Shown: piece after piece, positions 18,108 to 27,208 of the stretch
How positions within the stretch are numbered: position 1 is the first letter of the stretch
How the letters are laid out: each line of letters opens with the position of its first letter
Assembly: GCA_046292385.1 (NCBI GenBank)
Contig: JBKBRF010000015.1
Span: forward strand, 70,726-134,725
Reading direction: 5' to 3'
DNA length: 64,000 bases
From: Armatimonadota bacterium
GTDB lineage: Bacteria > Armatimonadota > SYMT01
Translations under genes and position numbers: made by a program
Notes under the pieces: model-generated
Database searches by the model: none
What the model saw: the letters and a program-made list of their open reading frames with translations, nothing else
Told to the model about the DNA's origin: nothing

Positions 18108-21100
18108 TCCCGGTGCGCGTGACACTTGAAGGCTTCCTAAGCTATCGAGAGAGGCAGACGTTGGAGTTCGACGGCTCCTCGCTTTGGGTACTGGCCGGAC
18201 CAAACGGCGCGGGCAAGTCCGCGATCTTCGACGCGATAACCTTTTCCCTGTTCGACACCCATCGATTGGGCAGGCAGCGAGCGGACGAGCTGATCAATCA
18301 CCACTGCGATAGCCTGGAGGTGGAGTTTGATTTCCTGGGTGAGGGCACGCTCTATCGCGTCCGGCGCACGGTTCGCCGTGTGGGCCGAGGACTGCGCGCC
18401 ACCCGCGAGGCCTTCCGTCTTACTGCCACTGATGAGGGGAAGGTTTCCGTTGATCCGATCCCCGGGACTGACGCGGAAGAGGGATTCAGCAGATGGATCG
18501 CCAGGACCATCGGTCTGAACTACGATGCGTTCACGTCGTCCGTGCTACTCCTCCAGGGGCAGAGCGAAGAGCTGTTGAAAGCCGCCGGCAAGAAGAAGGC
18601 CTACGAGATTCTCAAGCAACTGATCGATCTCTCGCCCTACGAGCAGTTGCATGTGCTTACAGACGCTCGCCGGAAGCACTGGGATGGGCAAAAGAAGGGA
18701 TGGACGAACACCCGCGACGGCATCGCTCCGGTAAGTGACGAGGCGCTGGAGGCAGCGGAGAAGGAGCTTCGAGCCGCAGTGGAGGTGTGGACGAAAGCGC
18801 AAGAAGCGGTCGAGCGGCTGACGGCGCTCGCGCAGCAGGCGAAGCAGTGGGAGCAGCTCTCCGGCGATCTACAGAAGCTCGAGGGAGAGATCCGAGTGGC
18901 GCGTGACCTTCTGGCGCGGGAGGAGGAGATCGTACGGAACTTTGCCCGGCTTGAGGAGCTGGAGCGGGTATTGCCGATGCTCGGTTCCATACTGGCGGAG
19001 CGCGGACGACTTGACAAGCAAGAGTCAGAATCTGAGGAGCTTGAGCAACAGTTACCCGGCCTGGAAAGTGCCCTTCAGCAAGCGGAAGCTGAACACCAGC
19101 AGACGACCGAAAAGGGGGAGCGAGTCGCGAGCCGGATCACTGATCTTCAAGCAAAGCGCGCGGAGGTCTCTCGGCGTGTCGCCGACATCGCGCCGCTGGT
19201 TACGCGGCTGGAGCACTGGGAGACTGTTCTCCAGGGTTTGAAGGAAGTCGAGGAGCAACTGGGACAGTTCCCGTCTGACTTGGCGGAGCAACTGGAGGCG
19301 GCGCGACAGAGGGACCGTGCGCTGGAGGAGGCCGAGAAGTCCTTCCCATGGCTGCGTAGCCTCACGGAAGCCCGTGAGGGGCTAGCAGGAGCATTGGGGC
19401 GGCTGAAAGCGGCGAGCGACCGGCTGCAAGAAATCGAAGCCGCCCTCAAGGGCGTGAAACAGGCGATCGGGGAGCAGTCTACACGGGTCGAACAAGCGCG
19501 AGCGGAAGTCTCGAAGATGGACGTGGTGGTTGGCCGTGCCAAAGAACGCTGCGATCAGGCACGCGAGCGCCTGGAGCTTTTCCTGGATGCCGCCACGGAA
19601 CGCGTCTGCAGCCTATGCGGTCAACAGATCGACGAGACGCATGTAGCAGACGAGCGCCAGCGCCTGGAAACGGCCACTGCAGCTGCTGCGGCCGAAGTCG
19701 AAGACGGAGAAGCCGCCTTGGTAGAGGCGCGGGGCACGCTGGGGACCGAGCAAGCTGCGCTAGCGGACCTCCAGCAGCAGGCCGATAGCCTGGAGAAGGA
19801 TCGCCAGAAGGAAGAAAGAAAGCGTGACCGAGCGGAGCAGGACGCGCGGCAGCACCGCGGCCAGCTCACCAGCGCTTATGGCAACCTCTCACCAGGGTAC
19901 CGCGCACGAGTCGCTGCTGCGGCTCCGCAGGATGACGCCACCTGGCTCGCCGCCTCGTTTTCGAATGAAAACGACCTGCAAACCGCCGCGGGGGAGGCAG
20001 GCGCGCGGACGCACCACCGGCTGCACCTGAACGGGTTGGAACAGCAGCAACGCGGCAGGGAGCGGCTGGACGACCGGCGCCAGCATCTGGAAGACCAACG
20101 CCAGGAGCTGGAGAAGTCGGTTAACGTGGAGGGTATGCGAGAGGCTCGTGCCGAGAAGCCGTTACTTGAGGAGCGCCAGCAACTACTTGACGACGAGCTC
20201 GGTCGTGCCTCAAAGGAGCAGGAGGCCGCGAAGAAGGCGCTTGAAGCGGCAACACGAGCGGTTGACAGTGCTCGCCAACAAAGGGATCGTCATGCGCAGA
20301 AGCTTACGACGGCTATTGCGACCCGCGAGGAGATACGCCGCAACGTGACTGGGGCGGTCCAGAAGCTGGAAGAGAGCTGGAGGGACCTAGCCCTGGCAGC
20401 CGATGAGGCGAAGCTCAACGAGTACCAGCTCGAGAAGAAGGCCCTCGCACCGGCCCGCGAAGAGAAGCGAGCGGTGGACAGTGCCCGTGACGCGCTTGCA
20501 GGTTTGCAGAAGCGGGCTACCGAGCTCGAGGAGAAGATTGGCAGTCTCCCCCGTGAGGCGCGGCGGGCGTCCACCGAAGTGGATGCGGAGCTAAACGTGG
20601 CTCGCGCTGGGCGCGACGGCGCTGACGAGTGCCGCCGCCACGCGGACGGGCGCTACAAGGAACTGCAAGACCGCAAGCAGCGCCGAGAAGCTGCCGAGGA
20701 GAAGCTGCGGACGGCAGAGCGCCAGCACTATCTCCACAACCGCCTGACGCAGTTACTTGGTCGTGAAGGTCTGCAGCTCTCACTGTTGCGCCGAGCGGAG
20801 CGCGGCATCGTGGATCTGGCAAATGAGACCCTGGAGGGCTTGTCACGAGGTCGCCTGCACCTTGAATTGCGGAGCGATGGAGCATCCGACTCGGCGCTGG
20901 ACTTGGTGGCCTACAACCTCGACACCGGACCCAAACCCGTTGCTGTGGCTCTGAACAGCGGTAGCCAAAAGTTCCGAATCGCCGTCAGCCTGGCGCTCGC
21001 CATCGGGCGCTATGCCGGGTTGGAGGCCCGCCGGATCGAGTCGGTCATCATCGACGAGGGCTTCGGCAGCCTCGACCGGAACGGCCGCGATGACATGATC

Positions 21101-21244
21101 CAGGAGCTACACGAGTTGAAGCAACATCTTCAGCGGATCATTCTCGTGTCCCATCAGGAAGAGTTCACCGGTGCCTTCGCTAATGGATACGGGATCGCCC
21201 TCGAAAACGGCGGCTCTCGCGTTAGCTTGCTTGAGTGTGGGTAG
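18104..21244 (+). CDS. sbcC: SbcC/Rad50 SMC-family ATPase
   Basis: GPNGAGKS, LLQGQ, long coiled coil with central CSLC zinc hook, SGSQKFR signature, IIDEGFGSLD, VSH; ATGA overlap with sbcD. Confidence 0.93.
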   Translation: MIPVRVTLEGFLSYRERQTLEFDGSSLWVLAGPNGAGKSAIFDAITFSLFDTHRLGRQRADELINHHCDSLEVEFDFLGEGTLYRVRRTVRRVGRGLRATREAFRLTATDEGKVSVDPIPGTDAEEGFSRWIARTIGLNYDAFTSSVLLLQGQSEELLKAAGKKKAYEILKQLIDLSPYEQLHVLTDARRKHWDGQKKGWTNTRDGIAPVSDEALEAAEKELRAAVEVWTKAQEAVERLTALAQQAKQWEQLSGDLQKLEGEIRVARDLLAREEEIVRNFARLEELERVLPMLGSILAERGRLDKQESESEELEQQLPGLESALQQAEAEHQQTTEKGERVASRITDLQAKRAEVSRRVADIAPLVTRLEHWETVLQGLKEVEEQLGQFPSDLAEQLEAARQRDRALEEAEKSFPWLRSLTEAREGLAGALGRLKAASDRLQEIEAALKGVKQAIGEQSTRVEQARAEVSKMDVVVGRAKERCDQARERLELFLDAATERVCSLCGQQIDETHVADERQRLETATAAAAAEVEDGEAALVEARGTLGTEQAALADLQQQADSLEKDRQKEERKRDRAEQDARQHRGQLTSAYGNLSPGYRARVAAAAPQDDATWLAASFSNENDLQTAAGEAGARTHHRLHLNGLEQQQRGRERLDDRRQHLEDQRQELEKSVNVEGMREARAEKPLLEERQQLLDDELGRASKEQEAAKKALEAATRAVDSARQQRDRHAQKLTTAIATREEIRRNVTGAVQKLEESWRDLALAADEAKLNEYQLEKKALAPAREEKRAVDSARDALAGLQKRATELEEKIGSLPREARRASTEVDAELNVARAGRDGADECRRHADGRYKELQDRKQRREAAEEKLRTAERQHYLHNRLTQLLGREGLQLSLLRRAERGIVDLANETLEGLSRGRLHLELRSDGASDSALDLVAYNLDTGPKPVAVALNSGSQKFRIAVSLALAIGRYAGLEARRIESVIIDEGFGSLDRNGRDDMIQELHELKQHLQRIILVSHQEEFTGAFANGYGIALENGGSRVSLLECG

Positions 21245-21460
21245 CGGTCGTTAGGAATCCGATCTCCTCCGCTGGCGGCAGGCAGCATCGCCAGGATCCT
21301 CCCGCGGAGAATGGACAGACCAGGGATCGGCGGAGCGAGGGTCCCTCACTGCCGGCACCAGCCGTTCCCTCTGACTCTCGCTGAGCCCCGACCAGACCCA
21401 TTTCAGGTCGTTCAGGGCCTTGCCCTTCGACAGGGCCGGCTCCTGGCGCTGACACTGGCC

Positions 21461-21667
21461 CTATTTGCCACGGCGGTTGTACGGCGACTGGTTGGTGGGC
21501 TTGAGGGACACATCCGCGGACCGCGCCTTACCCCGCACTCCTGCTTCGGTCCGGCCGAGCTTGAGACCGATGACACGCGTCGGAGTGTTCTCCTTCGCCA
21601 GCTGCTTCAGCCGTTCGACTTCGGCTGGCGTCCATGCCTTGCCTTTGTTGGCGGGATCTTTGGACAT
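21461..21667 (-). CDS. Small basic HTH-like protein (68 aa)
   Basis: GKAWTPAEVERLKQLAKENTPTRVIGLKLGRTEAGVRGKA resembles a Myb/GcrA-N-like three-helix unit; AAGGT RBS. Confidence 0.75.
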   Translation of the reverse strand: MSKDPANKGKAWTPAEVERLKQLAKENTPTRVIGLKLGRTEAGVRGKARSADVSLKPTNQSPYNRRGK

Positions 21668-21899
21668 TATATTACCTTACCGTTCGACACTGTGCGATAT
21701 ACCCGTAGGATAGGGCAGGACCGTGGCGCATGGCAACCACGACTATTCTCTGACTTAGTATGGCGCGGCACTGCCGAGGCGGAGGCATCACAATGAACAC
21801 AACGCTCCGGAGCGTGGTCCGCCACTCCTGCCCCGGACAAATCAGAGACGTAGATCCGTGGGACATCGGAGCAGCCACGGACAGCGGTCCTTTGGCCGC

Positions 21900-24800
21900 T
21901 CAGGAGAGCCGAGAATCTTCGGGTACTCTACGCTCCAACAGGGCTAGGAACCAAGATTCGCCGCTGACGGAAGCGAAGTCCGGGTCGGCGGCAGCTTGTG
22001 ATCGGAGGCGAGGGCTGTCATATATCGCCTGCTCCAGCAACTCTCGACAGCACTCCGGCTCACCGAGCGCGGAGTAGACGCAGGCAAGATCGTAGCACGA
22101 GTTCGTATGCGTCCCTAGCCCGAAGTCTGGCAGGCTCAGCGAGGCCTCTAGGGCGTCCCGTGCCTCTTCGAAGCGCGCCTGACGAAGCAATACGTGTCCC
22201 TCCGCCCAGCGCACTTGAGCGTCGTCCGGGAATTGGGACGCAAGGGCTTCGACCTGTGTGTATGCCGTGGCGAGGAGAGAGTCCAGAGGTGGACCGGGAG
22301 GCGGGAGGAACTCGCCGCGGAGGACTCCTCCGAGCGCTCCGTCCCGCAGAGCGCTTCCCACGGTAACCCAGTCGCGTGTCCAGCATGAAATCAACTCCGG
22401 TTCGCCCTCACGCGCAGCGGCAATTGCTAGGGCGATCCGCAACGCCGGGAGGCAGTAGACCGAAGGAGTGTAGCCGCTCTGCTGAACGACGCTGCCGTTC
22501 TCGATCCGGTGCAATTCGTCAATAACCAACCCGTTACCGTCGCGCACGTGCTCCCGGAACCAATCGGCGGCCGGACGGCGGGGTTGGGCCTGGGATGCAT
22601 CCACAACGGCAAGCGCCGCGCGGTGCGAGCGAGTGACGAGATCTTCGCCCTCCTGGGGCCGATGGATGATCTCGGCCTCGACCAAGCGTCCGTACGCGAA
22701 TTCCCGCAGGGCACCGTATACGCCAATCCACTCCTTTTGCCGATCCGTCGATGGGAGTGCGTCGAGAGCCAAAAGCATTCGGTCACAGAGACAGCGGCAA
22801 GCCCCAAGAGATAACGGAGCGCAGGACCACATCGCCCGGAACACCTCCCCGACGAGAACACTCGACCAGTCGGCCGGCGTGGATGACCATTCCCATAAGA
22901 ACGGCACGGCCTCGGGCTTGGTCACTCGGGCATGGAGTTGGTCGAGAAGAGCTTCTGGCCGGCCGGCCACCTCCGCTCCCATGCCAGCCACGCCGTAATT
23001 CGATGCCGCGCCGATGTGGGACACTAACGGTGCGTACACCTCGGGCACCCGTCCAGCCGATTGCAGGGCCATCAAGAAGTCATCTCGATCGCGGACCACG
23101 TTCGAGCCGAAGACGTGCTGGTGCTGTCGGCAGATGTTGCAAGCCAGATTGATCAACTCGTCGCTTGCCTTATCCGCCTTCAGGACCGCCTGCGCCAGAC
23201 GGATCGCAGGCCAGTCGGCCGGCAGTGCCCTCACCAGGGCCCCAGGATTCTCTAGGTGATCTGCGAGCGCACAGAGGCAGTCGGTACACAGATTCGCGAC
23301 ACGGAACTGCCATTCAGCCGGCTGGCGCTCTATAGGGTGTATCTCATCCCTCTTGTACGCCTGAAGGCCCTCTATCGAAAGCTCGCGGAACGTGGGAAAC
23401 AGCCCGTGGGCAGTGATCTCTGGTGCGAACCTGCGACAGAGATCATCGAGCAGTGCGTAGCACAAGCCCTGGTTGGCTTCTAGGGCCCAAAGGTGGTACA
23501 TGAGCGGCACCTCGCGCGCCGCCTCAGACATGCCGCTGATGTCCAACCCGATCTGCGCCAGCACCGCGACGGATGCGCCACGCAGGGCAAAGACGCGGTA
23601 TTTCGGATCGACGCCCTCCAGATCAGGCACCGAGAGACGCTGGAGCACCTCGCGTGCGTGGGCTGCGGTAGTTGGCGACCTCCCGAGTTGCCACCAGGCA
23701 AGGGCCAGTTCTTCACTCAGAAGTGCTCGCTCGGTGGCGGGCAGTTCTAGCTGTTCCGGAAGAACGGTCGCGGATTTCTCTGGAGTAAGTGCGGCCGCAC
23801 GCGAGAGGATCGCCAAGGCGATTCCGCCGTGCCAAGTAGATAGGACGCCCGACTTCTCAATCGCATCCACCACGTCGGCCGGATGGCTGTCGGCATAGGG
23901 GTAGAGAAGGTCGCAAATTGGCGCCGCAACGACCGCTTCTCTTGCCACAGCCTCAAGCACGTGAGTCCTCACGGGTTCCGGGTACTCCCTTACGAACTCT
24001 CGCAACGCCCGGGCGGATCCAGCACGGACGTTTGGGTCCTCCGAATGCAAGTCGTCGAGGATCGCTTTCAGATCATCGGGGCTTCCAAACAGCGCGACTC
24101 GGCCGCGAACAGCGTCAATAACGTCGCGGAACTGCTCAGTCACCGGAACACCCCCGCCACGGGGTTCAGGCAGTGGCTGAGCTTGAACCCAAGCGAGCAA
24201 GCGACGTGCGACCGAGGCGGCGCGTTCGTGGCTTACCTCACGCAGCGGGACGAGCGCATCGCGGATGAATCGATATTGCCGTTCGGGTCCGGAGGGGCAG
24301 GGCTCGCGGCTGAACTCACGCCGGAGCCTCACCCGCATACGGCGTTCCACCCACCGAGGAGCAACGTCTAGAGCAGAGCCTAGCGCGATCTGGCCGTGGA
24401 TTGCCTGCTTTGCGTCCTCGTCGGAATACAGCGCCCGCACGGCGGCACGAGCGTGGGCGGACCGCCCCACCATACTCCCGAGCGCGCGCATTGTGTGGTA
24501 AGCGGCCCCCGGAAGATCCCGCCTGCTCCACGCTGTCAGTAACGCAGGTACTCGCGGGTCATCAGATCGTCGCTGCGCCAGCCCCTGGGAAAGCGCGGGG
24601 AGCCAGTCGGGATTTCGGAGAAGCACGCCCTCCGACCAGGTGAGGACGTCTGGTTCGGCTCGATCCACCTCACCGCGTACCAGGGCGGTGAGGACCCCAT
24701 CGTCTTGGCCCGGCTCCATCTCGGCCAGTACGTCGTCCCCGGCCTCCATCCTACAGGCGAGCCAGTTGGCCGTGAGTTGCTCACCGAACTGCGGATTCGA

Positions 24801-26666
24801 ATACGTGAGGTTGCCGTTGATGCCCGTCCGGATGTCGCCGCCGGGAGTGAGGATGTCCTCTCTCTGCAGCATCCGCAGGGCAGTTCGACCCTCTTCCGGT
24901 ATGGCGTCGTTGAAGAGTGTGATGAGTTTGCGTGACGGCACGCCCTCGCTCCGACCGGCCCACATGGCAGCAACTAGGCTCTCTTGGGCCTGATCCATCT
25001 CTTCCTGTTCGCAATCGATGCTCGCGGCGGCGCTCTGGAACCTCCGCGCGATCTCTCTGGTCAAGAGGTCGTCGATCCATGGTGGCGTTTTTGGAGGGGC
25101 CAGGCCAGCGTTCACCTGGTCGAGATACACGGTTAGCAGGTACGGGTTGCCAAGTGCCGCGAATTCGGGCCGCCGAATCATAAGCAAGAGACGCTCAGCC
25201 GCCTTCCGCATCCGAACCCGTTTCCGGAGTGTCGCCTCTAGCTCTGTGTCCGTCAGCGTGTCCATGCGAAAGCTGAATTGCGGCGTGTCCCCTACGGAGC
25301 CCGTTCGGCGAAAGAGGTAGGGCTCAAGCTGACGCTGGCGAGATAAGCGATTCCACACGCCGGTCCTGGCGACGAGCAACACCTTAACGCGTTGGTTGCG
25401 TGCCTGCTGGCACAACGCTTCAAGCTCGCCCTCGAACCTTGCGGGGTCAGGCGAGAGGGGTAGGTCGTCAGCGATGAGCATCAAGGGGCCACGGTCTGGG
25501 TCGGCGGCAGACCCGAGGAGACAGCGAAGAATCGTCTCGTCTGAGGCGTCGGCCCGCGACATGTCCCTGAACGCGTCCGCAATTACTTTCGCCAGGGGCT
25601 CTGCTCGCTCCAGAATCGTTCCTCTAACGAGAGCGCGGATCCGTCCGACCGCCTGAATCACCGCCTCGCCGGCAACACCCCAGGACTTTCCAGCACCGCT
25701 GTCGCCGGTGAGCACGAAGAGGGTGCGATCGCTGTTGCGGAACGCCTCGACTGCGTCGATGAGGTCCGATCGCGAGACATACTCCTGCGGCGACCAGTCA
25801 GTGGGGCAAGCGCGCTCAACCTGGAGCTGGCACGCTTTCACAACATCGCGTGGGAGAAGATCTCGCGGCACCAGGCTGAAACCGGTGCGTTCCTCGAGCC
25901 ATGCTAGCGTGAGCGTCAGCGGCCGTGCCGCAGGAGCGTCGCCGACCTCCTGGATGGCGCCACAAAGGGCCAGCACCACCTTGCCAACGGTGTGCGCGTC
26001 AGGGTAGATCTTCAGAAGTTCCTTCTCGATTCCGTCTATGAGGAACTGGATCGGGCTTCGTGGCGATAGGGCAATCTGTCCCAGAACCCGCTCTGCCACG
26101 GCCCTCGCCTCTGCAGCGGTAACCTGTGCACCTCTGCCGCTCTCCTCCCGCGCCTTTTCCCACATCTCCACGGCCTGAGCGACAACTTCCGCGAAGCGCG
26201 CCTGCAGGCGCTCTCGGCGTTCGCGGACCTTCTCCTCCGGCTCTCCAGGGGGATGTAGGTAATTCTCGATGTCGTCTGCGGCGATCGGGGCCGGGCTGGC
26301 GAGCACCGCCGTCCATTCACGGCCTTCGCTCGCCGACACCAGGCCGTTGAGGATCAGGTTGAGCAGTAACCGCTCGTCAGAGAGGATGCGGTAAACGGTC
26401 CATCGGTGATCATCCGCGACGTTCTTCAATTGAACCCACTCATCGCGCACCGATGCCGAACTGCGGATACTGACCGCGTCCGCCTCGGTGCATTCGGGTG
26501 GTGGGGTGGACAGGAGGTCGTTACCGGCGTAGAAGGTGATCGTCCGTCCCCGAACGAGCAGCAGGTAGACGCCATACACTAGGTGGTAGTGGGACCCTTT
26601 CAGGCCGCTCCAGTCTCCAATAGCTTCATACTTGAAGACCGGATCGAGACTCGGTTCCGGAGGCAT
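21900..26666 (-). CDS. Large STAND-type NTPase with N-terminal PD-(D/E)xK-like domain and HEAT/TPR repeats (Avs-like)
   Basis: 1588 aa; GLKGSHYH...GNDL...WVQLK N-terminus; LTGDSGAGKS Walker A, LIADD Walker B; terminal TPR YDLACVYSALG...AAADPDF. Confidence 0.72.
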   Translation of the reverse strand: MPPEPSLDPVFKYEAIGDWSGLKGSHYHLVYGVYLLLVRGRTITFYAGNDLLSTPPPECTEADAVSIRSSASVRDEWVQLKNVADDHRWTVYRILSDERLLLNLILNGLVSASEGREWTAVLASPAPIAADDIENYLHPPGEPEEKVRERRERLQARFAEVVAQAVEMWEKAREESGRGAQVTAAEARAVAERVLGQIALSPRSPIQFLIDGIEKELLKIYPDAHTVGKVVLALCGAIQEVGDAPAARPLTLTLAWLEERTGFSLVPRDLLPRDVVKACQLQVERACPTDWSPQEYVSRSDLIDAVEAFRNSDRTLFVLTGDSGAGKSWGVAGEAVIQAVGRIRALVRGTILERAEPLAKVIADAFRDMSRADASDETILRCLLGSAADPDRGPLMLIADDLPLSPDPARFEGELEALCQQARNQRVKVLLVARTGVWNRLSRQRQLEPYLFRRTGSVGDTPQFSFRMDTLTDTELEATLRKRVRMRKAAERLLLMIRRPEFAALGNPYLLTVYLDQVNAGLAPPKTPPWIDDLLTREIARRFQSAAASIDCEQEEMDQAQESLVAAMWAGRSEGVPSRKLITLFNDAIPEEGRTALRMLQREDILTPGGDIRTGINGNLTYSNPQFGEQLTANWLACRMEAGDDVLAEMEPGQDDGVLTALVRGEVDRAEPDVLTWSEGVLLRNPDWLPALSQGLAQRRSDDPRVPALLTAWSRRDLPGAAYHTMRALGSMVGRSAHARAAVRALYSDEDAKQAIHGQIALGSALDVAPRWVERRMRVRLRREFSREPCPSGPERQYRFIRDALVPLREVSHERAASVARRLLAWVQAQPLPEPRGGGVPVTEQFRDVIDAVRGRVALFGSPDDLKAILDDLHSEDPNVRAGSARALREFVREYPEPVRTHVLEAVAREAVVAAPICDLLYPYADSHPADVVDAIEKSGVLSTWHGGIALAILSRAAALTPEKSATVLPEQLELPATERALLSEELALAWWQLGRSPTTAAHAREVLQRLSVPDLEGVDPKYRVFALRGASVAVLAQIGLDISGMSEAAREVPLMYHLWALEANQGLCYALLDDLCRRFAPEITAHGLFPTFRELSIEGLQAYKRDEIHPIERQPAEWQFRVANLCTDCLCALADHLENPGALVRALPADWPAIRLAQAVLKADKASDELINLACNICRQHQHVFGSNVVRDRDDFLMALQSAGRVPEVYAPLVSHIGAASNYGVAGMGAEVAGRPEALLDQLHARVTKPEAVPFLWEWSSTPADWSSVLVGEVFRAMWSCAPLSLGACRCLCDRMLLALDALPSTDRQKEWIGVYGALREFAYGRLVEAEIIHRPQEGEDLVTRSHRAALAVVDASQAQPRRPAADWFREHVRDGNGLVIDELHRIENGSVVQQSGYTPSVYCLPALRIALAIAAAREGEPELISCWTRDWVTVGSALRDGALGGVLRGEFLPPPGPPLDSLLATAYTQVEALASQFPDDAQVRWAEGHVLLRQARFEEARDALEASLSLPDFGLGTHTNSCYDLACVYSALGEPECCRELLEQAIYDSPRLRSQAAADPDFASVSGESWFLALLERRVPEDSRLS

Positions 26667-27095
26667 TGGGTAGACGCTCTGTCTTGAAGCAACAGACCGG
26701 TCGGTAGCAAAGGTCTGACACCGGGGCCGGCGACCGTCTATGTCTTGCGGTGAGAAACTGGTGCTGGTCGGGTTCCTAGGACGGAGGACGCAGTGAGGCA
26801 GCAGCAGCGCTGCCGCAGGGGCGACCAGCGAGCGGCGGCCCTGGATCCGTTATGACCCGGTGGCGGAACCTCCAACCGTTCCCGGAGCGAAAGCGACACA
26901 GGTCGCACTGAAATCGGACCGCTGGAGCATGTCTTATCACGTCGGAAGCAGCGCCACCTGTCTTCTCCGCTGCGCAGCCTCAACCAGCCTCCAATGGGGC
27001 TTTGCAGCGCCACTTGTTTGAGGTAGAATTCTTCCACAACTCGTCCCGTCACAGGCACGGGAAGGGAATTCTTGCCAGCTTTTCGAGCGACCAGT

Positions 27096-27137
27096 ATGGG
27101 GTGCAGGAGGTCGCAGGTTCGAATCCTGTCGCCCCGA
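27096..27137 (+). other. 3' half of tRNA-Pro(GGG): attR-like attachment site, not an intact tRNA
   Basis: ATGGGGT anticodon loop + GCAGG + AGGTC + GCAGGTTCGAATCCTGT T-arm + CGCCCCGA acceptor strand; upstream is CCAGT rather than the pairing CCTGC, and there is no D-arm or 5' acceptor strand. Confidence 0.88.
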
Positions 27138-27146
27138 TTGAGACAC

Positions 27147-27188
27147 GAAGAGGCCCTGCCTGACTCTGGAGTCGGGCAGGGCCTCTTC
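27147..27188 (+). terminator. Strong hairpin after the tRNA 3' end (probably bidirectional terminator)
   Basis: GAAGAGGCCCTGCCTGACTC / GAGTCGGGCAGGGCCTCTTC 20-bp inverted repeat with one G-U pair. Confidence 0.8.
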
Positions 27189-27208
27189 CGTTTAGCGGCC
27201 GCGCCGCC

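Larger units (their letters stand above)
1..27137. mobile_element. Integrative (probably mobilisable) element / defence island inserted in tRNA-Pro(GGG); left end outside window
   Basis: Ends in a 3' tRNA fragment at 27096-27137; encodes a tyrosine recombinase, a coupling-type ATPase and a replication-relaxation protein; looks less GC-rich at third codon positions than the backbone after 27200 (not computed); I saw none of the backbone intergenic repeat families inside it. Confidence 0.85.

Noticed and set aside
16872..21244. Wadjet or Lamassu SMC system
   Set aside because: Partner is an Mre11/SbcD phosphoesterase and the ATPase has a Rad50 zinc hook; no JetABD or LmuA/C recognised
27060..27140. 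Intact tRNA-Pro gene
   Set aside because: Only the anticodon loop to the 3' end is present; the 5' acceptor strand, D-arm and 5' anticodon stem are missing
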